Assembly: GCA_047638775.1 (NCBI GenBank)
Contig: JBLIMQ010000002.1
Location: forward strand, 60,697-124,696
Source: Flavobacteriales bacterium
Lineage (GTDB): Bacteria > Pseudomonadota > Gammaproteobacteria > Pseudomonadales > Cellvibrionaceae
Direction of reading: 5' to 3'
Length of the DNA: 64,000 nt
Positions within the stretch are counted from its first letter, which is position 1. Every line of letters begins with the position of its first letter. Position numbers and translations under genes: made by a program. The notes beneath the pieces are model-generated. The model made no database searches. It had not been told where the DNA came from and saw only the letters and a list, made by a program, of their open reading frames with translations. Below, piece by piece: positions 10,642-20,200 of this stretch.

Positions 10642-12729
10642 ATGCAACAAACGATACGACTATTAATTTTAAACGACTCGAGCTCAGAGGCCGAACGTTT
10701 AATTAGCATGCTGAAAAATGCCGGTCGAACTGTTCGCGCTAAACATGCCGAAAGCATCGACATCCTGAACAAACTGCTCCAAGAACAACCTTGGGACTTA
10801 ATGATCGGCATGGAAAGCACCAAAAACATAAGCCCTGTAGATGCGAGCAAACAAATACGTCGACTAAATAAAGATATCCCGCTAGTGCTGTTAACAGACA
10901 GAGAAGGCTCTCAAGCAAACGTTGAAGGCTTAAAATACGGCGCTCGGGACGTCGTATTATTAGATGAAGATCAACATTTGTTGCTGGTGATTGAACGCGA
11001 ACTTGAAAACCGTCGCGAACGCGACCTACGCCGGAACGCAGAACGCCGCTACATTGCCATTACTCAACGTAACCAGCAACTCCTAGACAGCTCTCGTGAT
11101 GGTATTGCCTACGTTCAAGACGGCATGTTTTTATACGCCAACGATTCATTTGCAGAGCTACTCGACTTCGAAAGCCGAGACGACTTGGAATGTGTTCCTG
11201 TCATCGATTTTGTCGCTGATTCCGATCATGACATGCTTAAAAAATCGCTTAAGAACTTCACGCTAAAAGGCGGCGATTCTGACGAACAAAAGCTCACCCT
11301 AAATGCGTTATGCCAAAATGGCGACGCTCGCACACTTAAGGTTGAAATATCCAAAGCAACCTACGACGAAGAGAGCTGCATACAGTTTTTAATTCGAACT
11401 CGCGGTGCCGACGCTCAAGAACTTGAAGCACAAATTGCCGTTATTAAGAATCAAGACACCGCCACAGGCCTATACAATAAAACCTTCTTACTCGAGAGCA
11501 TAGGCGAGCTAATTAAAAGGGCTGTCGACAAAGAGTACAACAGTGCCATTTTCCATATTGGCATTGATGATTTCACTGAAACCGTTGGTAAAAAACTGGG
11601 CGTAGGCTCGGCCGACAAAGTACTGGGAAGCATTGCTCAATTCGCAAAAACTCAAGTCAAAAAAACCGATGCTCTTTGCCGGTATGCCGATGATTCGTTC
11701 ATCCTTGTTGCCCCAAAAATCAATGCCATAAAAGCTATGGAGCGCGCTGAAGTTCTTGGGCGGGCGCTTCGCGATCATATTTTCGACGTCAATTCAAAAA
11801 CCCTTCACTTCAATTTCCATATCGGAATATCGATTATAAATGAAACCAGTTCACACATAGATACGCCGATCGATCATAGCCTAAAAGCTCTACAGCTTGC
11901 CCGCAACGACACTGTCGATGGCAAAGATCACATGGCGCGAATTTACGAGAACGAAGGCGAGGGTGGAGGTAAACGTAATATCTCGCGCGCAGTTCAAACA
12001 GCTTTAGACAACAACAAATTCAAGCTGTTATTTCAGCCAATTTTAAGTCTGCGCGGCTCAGAGAAAGAACACTATGAAGTATTGCTACGGTTAATCGATG
12101 AAGGAGGGGAGCAAGTTTCACCTCATGACTTTTTGGCTACAGCCGCTACTATTGGCGCTACGACAAAAATTGATCGATGGGTAATATTAGAAACGATTAA
12201 AACCTTAGCCGATCACAAAAAAAATGGCACAGACACACTACTCATCGTGAATCTTAGTGCAGAATCCGTTATCGATGAATCATTACCACCGTGGTTGAGC
12301 GTCGCATTCAAGGCTGCCGGCATAGCGCCTCGCAATGTTGTATTCCAAATTAATGAAACTGACATTAATGACCACCTCAATCAATCGATTAACTTTATTG
12401 ATGCGGTGAACAAAATTGGCTGCGGTGTTTGCGTGAATCATTTCGGCTGCGTATTGAGCCCATTTAAGGTGCTCGGCCAACTTAAGGCGAACTACATAAA
12501 AATTGATGGTTCGTTTACCCAGGACTTACAAAACAATGAAGAGGGCTTGAAAGCCCTTAATGAGCTGGTCAGTGAACTGCACCAGCAAGACAAAATAACG
12601 ATCGTTCCGTTTGTAGAAAGTGCGAGCATCTTATCTAAGCTTTGGCAGTCGGGCGTACATTACATACAAGGCTACTACCTGCAAGGGCCTACCGATGAAA
12701 TGAATTACGACTTTGACATGGAAAGTTAA
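10642..12729 (+). CDS. fimX: FimX-like REC-PAS-degenerate GGDEF-EAL protein
   Basis: Pseudo-receiver N-terminus, PAS, degenerate GGDEF (RYADDSF), EVLLR EAL domain, YIQGYY; synteny with fimW and serB. Confidence 0.8.
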   Translation: MQQTIRLLILNDSSSEAERLISMLKNAGRTVRAKHAESIDILNKLLQEQPWDLMIGMESTKNISPVDASKQIRRLNKDIPLVLLTDREGSQANVEGLKYGARDVVLLDEDQHLLLVIERELENRRERDLRRNAERRYIAITQRNQQLLDSSRDGIAYVQDGMFLYANDSFAELLDFESRDDLECVPVIDFVADSDHDMLKKSLKNFTLKGGDSDEQKLTLNALCQNGDARTLKVEISKATYDEESCIQFLIRTRGADAQELEAQIAVIKNQDTATGLYNKTFLLESIGELIKRAVDKEYNSAIFHIGIDDFTETVGKKLGVGSADKVLGSIAQFAKTQVKKTDALCRYADDSFILVAPKINAIKAMERAEVLGRALRDHIFDVNSKTLHFNFHIGISIINETSSHIDTPIDHSLKALQLARNDTVDGKDHMARIYENEGEGGGKRNISRAVQTALDNNKFKLLFQPILSLRGSEKEHYEVLLRLIDEGGEQVSPHDFLATAATIGATTKIDRWVILETIKTLADHKKNGTDTLLIVNLSAESVIDESLPPWLSVAFKAAGIAPRNVVFQINETDINDHLNQSINFIDAVNKIGCGVCVNHFGCVLSPFKVLGQLKANYIKIDGSFTQDLQNNEEGLKALNELVSELHQQDKITIVPFVESASILSKLWQSGVHYIQGYYLQGPTDEMNYDFDMES

Positions 12730-12837
12730 TCTTACCCCAAAAGCACTTAAAGAGCCTCTAATTAGACTAGTCCACCGGATGCCCCGCCACCAATTCACCG
12801 CGGGGTAAATATCACAAAATAAAGAACCGCGTCTGGG

Positions 12838-14115
12838 CTAATTACAAGCCTCTAACGCCTCTACGGCTCTCGACAAGCCGTCATCATCAACCATATTTGC
12901 CGCTAAGCGTTGCGCATTGCGCTTTATTTCAGGCATACTTTCTAATCGCCTAATTTCAGTAATAAGCGTCTCCATATTCACATCCTTATCACGAACAGCG
13001 CCACCTGCAACCCCCAAGCGCTCTAGGCATTTAAACCAATAGTACTGCTCCTCTATAAAGGGAATTATTATTGATGGTACACCTGAAGCGCAAACAATGT
13101 GAAGGGTTCCCGCGCCACCATGATGCACTACGGCTTCACAATGTGGGAATATTTGAGCGTACGGAGCATATATAACAAAATGGACATGTTCACCTTTTGG
13201 GAAACGCTCATCATCAATTACAGGGGTCTGAATTATCGCATCATAACCCGACTGACGTGCCGCCTCACTGAACATCCACACCCTTTGCGAAAGCGCATCA
13301 CCCTTTACTTTAGGCATAAAACTGCCTATCGTAAAAAATAGTATCTTCCTTCCTCTATCAATAAATGCAACTAAGGATTGATCTAACTCTGCAACTTCAG
13401 CGCAAGCTTTAAATAAAGGACCAACAACTGAAACCGAGTTACCCCAACATTCTTGCGGCGGACAAATTGCCTTTGAAACAGCAACTAACGACAGGTACTC
13501 GGAAACCCATACAGTTTTCAAAAAATCCGATTTCGGATCAAGCCCTAACTGCTTTCGAAAATCATTTACCGGGGGCAGCAAACGTTTGTTTAAAACCAAG
13601 CGAGTCCAAAACCAGTGCAGTTGATTTAACCATAAAAATACATTCGGAATTTTGAATGATATTATTTCAGATGGCTCAGAAGATAACGGCAATCCTCTTT
13701 GACAGACTATTAGTGCAACTTCTGGGATTCCATGTAATTCTGCAGCCGCTTGTGCCGCATAGTCAACAAAATGCCTCACTATGATATCTGACGACTCACA
13801 GAGCTTATTGGCGGCTTCATAAATCGAGCTGACGTGAAAATTATAACTATAATTGAGCAGAACCTCGGCGCGCCTTTCACCCATAACATTAATATCAAAA
13901 TTAGCATCGAAGTATTCCGCATGCGTTTGATTATGCACCACTGGAACATGCACAATATCTAGTCCATAGTGTTTTGCTTCGTTACAGTAGTTCGCATTTT
14001 GAATATTAATAATAACCAACCGCACGTCATGCCCGTTAGCTTTCAACGCTTTCGCTAGCTCAATAAACGGTCGTATATCACCTTCCGTCCCCCACGCCTG
14101 TAAACCATACCGCAT
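12838..14115 (-). CDS. GT-B fold family-1 (sterol/EryCIII-like) glycosyltransferase
   Basis: N-terminal GT.GDI.P and C-terminal HHGGAGT...SGVP motifs. Confidence 0.85.
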   Translation of the reverse strand: MRYGLQAWGTEGDIRPFIELAKALKANGHDVRLVIINIQNANYCNEAKHYGLDIVHVPVVHNQTHAEYFDANFDINVMGERRAEVLLNYSYNFHVSSIYEAANKLCESSDIIVRHFVDYAAQAAAELHGIPEVALIVCQRGLPLSSEPSEIISFKIPNVFLWLNQLHWFWTRLVLNKRLLPPVNDFRKQLGLDPKSDFLKTVWVSEYLSLVAVSKAICPPQECWGNSVSVVGPLFKACAEVAELDQSLVAFIDRGRKILFFTIGSFMPKVKGDALSQRVWMFSEAARQSGYDAIIQTPVIDDERFPKGEHVHFVIYAPYAQIFPHCEAVVHHGGAGTLHIVCASGVPSIIIPFIEEQYYWFKCLERLGVAGGAVRDKDVNMETLITEIRRLESMPEIKRNAQRLAANMVDDDGLSRAVEALEACN

Positions 14116-14511
14116 ACTTTAATCACTCACTAATGTCACGAAACAAACTCAATTTTGATTGTAATCAACTACTGAAAGTAATGACAGCAATCCCAACGCA
14201 GACAGCTGCACGAACTCACAATTTTAAAGTTATTTACACTTAAACAAAGAGAGATAGTAAAAATCCAAATAATTTAGACTGCCGAAACTAACCGGAAAAT
14301 CACAAACGCATCAAATTGTGACAATAAATACACGCGTTAAATATGAATTTATAATTAGGGTTTGCGAATAGGTATATGACAAGGAGCCATATAGAAAAGG
14401 AGCACTTAGAAATCTATTATTTAGAGTCTTAAACCGTATTTTGTGAGACTACACTATCAAGAGACGATAACTCGCCCCGTAACAAAAACCAAAAAAACTC
14501 ACACAACACCC

Positions 14512-15741
14512 TTAATGCTGTATCTCTCTATCCCTAAGGCCCATCAGATACAAAATTGCATCTAAGCCCAAAGTAGAAATACTTTGCTTCGCTTCGGCCT
14601 TAACCAGAGGCTTTGCTCTAAAAGCAATACCTAGCCCAGCCACACTCAACATCGGCAAATCATTTGCACCATCACCGACTGCAATAACTTGCTCAAGGCT
14701 AATGTTTTCTTGGTTGGCAATTTCTTGTAATAACTCAGCCTTATACTGTCCATCCACGATACGGCCTTTCACCTTACCCGTCACTTTGCCATCTTCAATA
14801 TCTAGTTCGTTCGCATAAACGTAATCAATACCGAGCTTTTCTTTTAAGTAATTACCAAAGTAATTAAATCCACCCGACAATATCGCCGTTTTATAACCCA
14901 ACTTACGTAATGTAGATATAAGACGTTCAGCCCCCTCAGTTACTGGCAACCGATCGGCAATAGTCGCCAAGACGGACTCGTCTAAACCTTTAAGGAGCGC
15001 TACACGCTGCTCAAAGCTTTGATTAAAGTCTATCTCCCCACGCATGGCTGATTCAGTAATCGTGGAGACTCGCTCGCCGACACCCGCAGCCTTAGCTAGC
15101 TCATCAATGACCTCAGACTCGATTAAGGTGGAGTCCATATCGAAGCAAACTAAGCGGCGAGTACGCCGATACATATTATCCTCTTGGAATGCGATATCGA
15201 CATCAAGCTTCGCTGCAATCTCTGCAAACTGTTTGCGTAGGGCCGCAACATCATCTACAAATCCCCTAGCCGAAAACTCTACGCACGCACTGCCTTTTAA
15301 TTCATCGTCATTTAAGGACACCCGACCACTAAGACGACTAATGTTATCGATGTTCAGATCATATTCTGCGATGACTTTAGACAAGGCCGCTATTTGTTCG
15401 GCTGAAATCTGCCGAGCCAATAGTGTTACAATATGACGAGGCTTACCTTGTAGTGCGACCCAATCTTCATAGCTTTGCTCATCAATAGGCTGGAAGCGTG
15501 CTTGTAAGTCGAACGAATGCGCCGAATACAAGATATTTTTGACTACAGCCGATGAGTCTTGCCCACTGGGAATCTCTATAAGTACACCCAGCGAAAGGTT
15601 TTCATGGATAACAGCCTGACCAATATCTAAGATATTTGCCTTATTTTGCGCCATGATGTCGCTAATCGTAGACGTTATAGAAGGCTTATCTTGGCCAAAG
15701 ATGGTGATAAGAATTAGTTCTCGCACAATATCGTCAATCAT
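14512..15741 (-). CDS. serB: Phosphoserine phosphatase (ACT-ACT-HAD)
   Basis: FDMDSTL, LSGGF, GDGANDL; N-terminal ACT domains. Start may be GTG at 15726. Confidence 0.95.
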   Translation of the reverse strand: MIDDIVRELILITIFGQDKPSITSTISDIMAQNKANILDIGQAVIHENLSLGVLIEIPSGQDSSAVVKNILYSAHSFDLQARFQPIDEQSYEDWVALQGKPRHIVTLLARQISAEQIAALSKVIAEYDLNIDNISRLSGRVSLNDDELKGSACVEFSARGFVDDVAALRKQFAEIAAKLDVDIAFQEDNMYRRTRRLVCFDMDSTLIESEVIDELAKAAGVGERVSTITESAMRGEIDFNQSFEQRVALLKGLDESVLATIADRLPVTEGAERLISTLRKLGYKTAILSGGFNYFGNYLKEKLGIDYVYANELDIEDGKVTGKVKGRIVDGQYKAELLQEIANQENISLEQVIAVGDGANDLPMLSVAGLGIAFRAKPLVKAEAKQSISTLGLDAILYLMGLRDREIQH

Positions 15742-15814
15742 TTAGGTATTTGCGCGGCATTATACCTGTTAAACCGAATGGCCGTCATTTAGAGCGAACG
15801 AGGTTAGTGAAGTT

Positions 15815-16930
15815 TTGATCAAAATAAATAAGCCAGTGCCCGCGCTAAGCAGCTTTTGTGCTGGAGCACTCATCGCAATGGCCATTTTTTACCTTAATTT
15901 TGTCGACTCAGCACAAGTTAGGCACGAAACTCTCGCCTTGGAATACGGGCAATCATTGGTCAATAGCGCCGCTGAACTTGCTGAACAAGCAAGTTTCGAC
16001 GAAAAGTTATTAAGCTTACGCGTGATTGTTCAAGACATGACCGCTAATCCACACGTACTGACCGCAAGTATTCACAACGTCGAAAACCAGTTACTTGCGC
16101 AAGCGGGCAACCGAGCAGAGCAACGCAAACAAAAACATCAAGTGTTTACGGCAGAGATAACTGTTCAAGAGACAATTTCGGGTTACGTCACAGCAACACT
16201 AGCACCATCGTCTCTTTTTCATGCGAGCCAATTCATCATTTTCAGCCTCAGTTACTTACTTTTCATTGCTCTAGGACTCTGGGCGTTGCTAAACAACAAA
16301 ACGTTTTCACTTACCCTACCCGCGCTAACTATGATCACCAAGCGCCCACGGAATAACGCTGAAGATGAAACGACAATAGACGCTACCACCGAGGCCGCTG
16401 GCCCACTAGAGCCTATAGAGAAGGTAGAAACTGAGTGCAATTACGCTTACGCGGCCGTTTGTGTAAAAAACATAGCGGTCTTACAACAACAATTAGACGG
16501 TGAAACCTTTCGCAGTATATTTAACCTGATTGAAAAGCTCATAGAAGATATAAGTTTGCTCTACGATGGCCACAGCTGGACTTGGGAATCAGACCGTTAT
16601 TTAATTCGCTTCAGAAGCCTAGATGAAAAACATGGGGCATTGTTTCAGGCCGCATGCTCCGCATATTTACTCTTGGATATTGCCGCCATAATAAAGCAAA
16701 TCCCCTTAGACCTTTCGGCACAAATCGCGAACAATGAAGGCGACCTTGCTAGCTGCAACATGCCTTATGTAGGGCTCGCTGTGACAGGGGAAGATGCCGC
16801 GAGTACGGAGCTTCAGAATAGAGTCCGTTACGTTGACCTAGGAATGAACGATGGGCGGCAAATTATTTCAAAATTTGAAAGCACTTATGCCGCCCTACTT
16901 GAAAAACAGGCCGAACAGCTTAAAGCCTAA
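15815..16930 (+). CDS. YtjB/AhpA(SMP)-like membrane protein
   Basis: Two hydrophobic segments flank a periplasmic region; divergent from serB, the usual ytjB position. Confidence 0.55.
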   Translation: MIKINKPVPALSSFCAGALIAMAIFYLNFVDSAQVRHETLALEYGQSLVNSAAELAEQASFDEKLLSLRVIVQDMTANPHVLTASIHNVENQLLAQAGNRAEQRKQKHQVFTAEITVQETISGYVTATLAPSSLFHASQFIIFSLSYLLFIALGLWALLNNKTFSLTLPALTMITKRPRNNAEDETTIDATTEAAGPLEPIEKVETECNYAYAAVCVKNIAVLQQQLDGETFRSIFNLIEKLIEDISLLYDGHSWTWESDRYLIRFRSLDEKHGALFQAACSAYLLLDIAAIIKQIPLDLSAQIANNEGDLASCNMPYVGLAVTGEDAASTELQNRVRYVDLGMNDGRQIISKFESTYAALLEKQAEQLKA

Positions 16931-17073
16931 AGAATACAAGAATATAAGAATATCAATAAACTAAGCATTTAAATGACGACAGACTTGCATCATTAATCCA
17001 ATTCCCGAGGCTACTTAGACAAGCATGCGCTTGTGACTCGCCTAAAATAAAAACGAAAGCACAATATCAAACT

Positions 17074-17646
17074 CTAATGCTTCTCATGCAACTGCTGATT
17101 TTCAGATTTCTTTTTATCACTTTTGCGGATCAAAACGTAGGTAGCGCCATAACTGCCGTGCTGTTTTTGCGCCGTATGAAACGCAAGAACCTCATTTATT
17201 TGAGGCAACCAGTGGTTAACGCAACTTTTTAATAGAGCCGGTTTTTCACGCCCCTCACCTTTACCGTGAGTAATGAGTGCAGAACGTACATCGCTTTCAA
17301 CACAGTCCTGTATAAAGCGCCACAAGGCCTTTCTAGCTTCCTCGACACTCATACGATGCATATCCAATACAGCATCGATCGAATAGCGCCCCATCCGTAG
17401 ATTTTTGAACACGCCATTCTGGACACCAGGGCGCTGAAATTGGAGATAATCTGTGGGCTCAATCATTGGAACGGCATTATCAGACAAAGGGTCTTGTGAT
17501 TCACCTTCATCAACAGCCGCCTGACGCCGTATTAATTGACTGGCATCATGCAGGTTATTTTTATTTAGCGAAACTCGACGATCCTGTTTTATTGGTTCAA
17601 GCGACTCGTCATCCCCCAACAAAGACAAAAATTCATCATCACTCAT
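17074..17646 (-). CDS. smrA: Smr-domain DNA endonuclease
   Basis: LDMH, HGKG, WL.Q...VLAF..A...HG.GA.YV motifs; start at ATG 17646. Confidence 0.88.
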   Translation of the reverse strand: MSDDEFLSLLGDDESLEPIKQDRRVSLNKNNLHDASQLIRRQAAVDEGESQDPLSDNAVPMIEPTDYLQFQRPGVQNGVFKNLRMGRYSIDAVLDMHRMSVEEARKALWRFIQDCVESDVRSALITHGKGEGREKPALLKSCVNHWLPQINEVLAFHTAQKQHGSYGATYVLIRKSDKKKSENQQLHEKH

Positions 17647-17648
17647 AT

Positions 17649-19010
17649 TTAAACCAATTCGTAACAAGGGACATAGGCTGTAGTCGGAATTTTCATCCGT
17701 TTCTGCGCAACAAATGCCTCGAGTAACTTTTCAAGTGGATCCATAATCTTCGCTTCACCGCTTAGCTTGTATGGCCCTTTTTCGGCAATAGCCTGAATGC
17801 CATGCTGCTTAACGTTGCCATCAACAATACCCGAAAACGCCTTGCGTAGATTTGAGGCCAATTCATAGTTTTCTTGCTCACTACTTAGATTAAGTCCCGC
17901 CATATTCTTATGTGTCGGCTGAAAAGGCATTTGTAAATCTTTATCTATTTTCAGAACCCAATTAAAATAGTATGCGTCGTGAGTCGTGCGCCTATAGGCC
18001 CGCACAACCTCCATATGCGAGCGCATTCTTTGTGCTACAAGCTCAGGGTTATTGATAATAATTTCATAACGACTCTGCGCCTCTTCACCTAAAGTCGCCG
18101 CAATAAATGCATCTATTTGCTCAAAGTAAGCAGAGGACTCCTCTGGCCCAGTAAAAATTAGCGGAAACGGAATACCTGTATTTTCCGGCCTTAGTAATAC
18201 ACTCAAAATATACAATATTTCTTCCGCCGTTCCGACGCCACCGGGAAAAACTATGACCCCGTGCCCAACACGAACAAACGCCTCTAATCGCTTTTCGATA
18301 TCAGGCAGGATCACCAACTTATTAACAATCGGGTTCGGAGACTCCGCTGCAATAATTCCAGGTTCAGTAATACCAATATATCGTCCCTGCGTACGCTGCT
18401 TTGCGTGCGCGATAGTTGCGCCTTTCATCGGCCCTTTCATTGCCCCCGGACCACAGCCGGTACAAATATCCATTGCGCGCAGGCCTAACTGATAACCAAC
18501 CTCTTTACTATAATCATACTCAAGTACATTTATTGAATGCCCTCCCCAGCAAACAATTAAATTGGGGGTCGTATTAGTTTGTAATAATCCAGCATTTCGA
18601 ATGATATGAAACACGCCGTTGGTAATACCTTCTGAATTTTCAAAGTCAATATCACGGTTTTCTGAAAGCTCATTATCGATATATACGATATCTCGCAACA
18701 CTGAAAACAGGTGCTCTTGTATCCCGACGATCATTTCACCATCAACAAAGGCGCTAGCTGGGGCATTGTCGACCTCAAGCTTCATACCACGCTCTTGTGC
18801 GACCACGCGAATAGTAAAATCTTGATGGGCATCCAACACCTCTTGGGTGCTATCGGTATCTGAACCTGTATTAAGTACCGCTAAGGAACAGCGTCGAAAG
18901 TTTTCATGCATAGCATTATCGTTCGCATCCTCTAGGCGCTGCACTTCGATTTGTGACAATATCTCTAATGCCTTTTGAGGAATTACTCTAGCGGATACTT
19001 TTTTACTCAC
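17649..19010 (-). CDS. ppnN: Nucleotide 5'-monophosphate nucleosidase (LOG family)
   Basis: VCWGGHSI, TGCGPGAMKGPMKGA, PGGVGTAEE. Confidence 0.95.
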   Translation of the reverse strand: MSKKVSARVIPQKALEILSQIEVQRLEDANDNAMHENFRRCSLAVLNTGSDTDSTQEVLDAHQDFTIRVVAQERGMKLEVDNAPASAFVDGEMIVGIQEHLFSVLRDIVYIDNELSENRDIDFENSEGITNGVFHIIRNAGLLQTNTTPNLIVCWGGHSINVLEYDYSKEVGYQLGLRAMDICTGCGPGAMKGPMKGATIAHAKQRTQGRYIGITEPGIIAAESPNPIVNKLVILPDIEKRLEAFVRVGHGVIVFPGGVGTAEEILYILSVLLRPENTGIPFPLIFTGPEESSAYFEQIDAFIAATLGEEAQSRYEIIINNPELVAQRMRSHMEVVRAYRRTTHDAYYFNWVLKIDKDLQMPFQPTHKNMAGLNLSSEQENYELASNLRKAFSGIVDGNVKQHGIQAIAEKGPYKLSGEAKIMDPLEKLLEAFVAQKRMKIPTTAYVPCYELV

Positions 19011-19194
19011 AACTTACTCCAAAACAAACAGACTAAAACAAACAGACTAAAACTAAGTGTAAGCTAAGATGTGGGCAAGTAAAAACATATTAGAAAGGAA
19101 GGAGAATATGAAAGGGCTATCAGGCACATAGAAAGGCCCCATCAGCTGTATTTAGAACTATCCAAGAAGACAACCATGGGGCCTAGGCTTACAT

Positions 19195-19407
19195 CTATGA
19201 GCAGGTAGTATCTGAACGTTGACTAACGTACATACCGTTACTTGCAAACGTCACATAAACTTTGGTAACACACATAGTCCCGGGCGCTCCAGGATGGTTA
19301 ACAGTCGCCACTAAACGTGTCGTGTTAGCAACTGCAGCTGTACTCATCAATGCAAATGCACTTGAAGCGACAAGGGGGAAAGCGAACTTTTTGATTGTTT
19401 TAATCAT
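19195..19407 (-). CDS. Small secreted protein (signal peptide plus ~43-aa mature region with 2 Cys)
   Basis: AAGGA RBS upstream of the ATG; KK-hydrophobic-AVA signal peptide. Confidence 0.65.
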   Translation of the reverse strand: MIKTIKKFAFPLVASSAFALMSTAAVANTTRLVATVNHPGAPGTMCVTKVYVTFASNGMYVSQRSDTTCS

Positions 19408-19666
19408 GGTAATATTCCTTTTATATTTTAATTATATGCTTATCGTTTTGTTGGCATACACCAACAAAGAAACTTTATCGTTTAAGTCTCTATTTGACAA
19501 TGTCGTCTATGTAAAAAGCCCCCCCCATCGAAAGAGTATCTCCCTCGCACACCCTCCGGCAATCGTAACGCCACAAGCAAGATTTCCATGTCAAAAGTCA
19601 ATAACCCCGTGTAGACGATTGATAACCAGAGGACTTCTTGATACCTGAAGCTATAAATAACGGGCG

Positions 19667-19697
19667 AAAAAAAAGAGAAGCAAAAGGCCTCTCTTTT
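19667..19697 (-). terminator. Rho-independent terminator of carAB-greA
   Basis: Minus-strand AAGAGAGGC...GCTTCTCTT stem followed by a T-run. Confidence 0.7.
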
Positions 19698-19714
19698 AAA
19701 TTTCGTGAGCCAAG

Positions 19715-20191
19715 CTAAATATATTTAACTGACTCGATTTCGTAATCTGTATTACCACCAGGGGCAACTACAGTAACTTCATCGCCCTCCTCTTTACCGA
19801 CTAATGCTCGAGCAATAGGCGATGTAACGGATATTTTGTTTAACTTAATATCAGCCTCATCTTCGCCAACGATTTTATACGTAATTGACTCTTCCGTTTC
19901 TACATTAATAATATCTACAGTAACACCAAAAATTACTTTCCCAGATTTTGGCATCAGTGAAATATCGATAACTTGCACGGTGGAAAGCTTCGCTTCAATA
20001 TCTTGAATACGCCCTTCACAAAAACCCTGCTGCTCACGCGCGGCATGGTATTCAGCGTTTTCTTTAAGGTCTCCATGCTCACGCGCTACGGCAATATCCG
20101 TAACGATAGAAGGGCGAACAACCTTTTTCAAATGTTCTAGCTCATCTCGCATGGCTTTCTCGCCAGCGACTGTCATTGGGTAACGTTGCAT
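19715..20191 (-). CDS. greA: Transcription elongation factor GreA
   Basis: [25 protein letters not shown]. Confidence 0.97.
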   Translation of the reverse strand: MQRYPMTVAGEKAMRDELEHLKKVVRPSIVTDIAVAREHGDLKENAEYHAAREQQGFCEGRIQDIEAKLSTVQVIDISLMPKSGKVIFGVTVDIINVETEESITYKIVGEDEADIKLNKISVTSPIARALVGKEEGDEVTVVAPGGNTDYEIESVKYI

Positions 20192-20200
20192 ATCGATATC

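Noticed and set aside
14314-14335. CRP-like site upstream of the glycosyltransferase
   Set aside because: Only one good half-site (TGTGA); the second half is a poor match in AT-rich DNA.
19262-19648. 128-aa plus-strand ORF
   Set aside because: It is antisense to the better-supported signal-peptide ORF and has no family motif.
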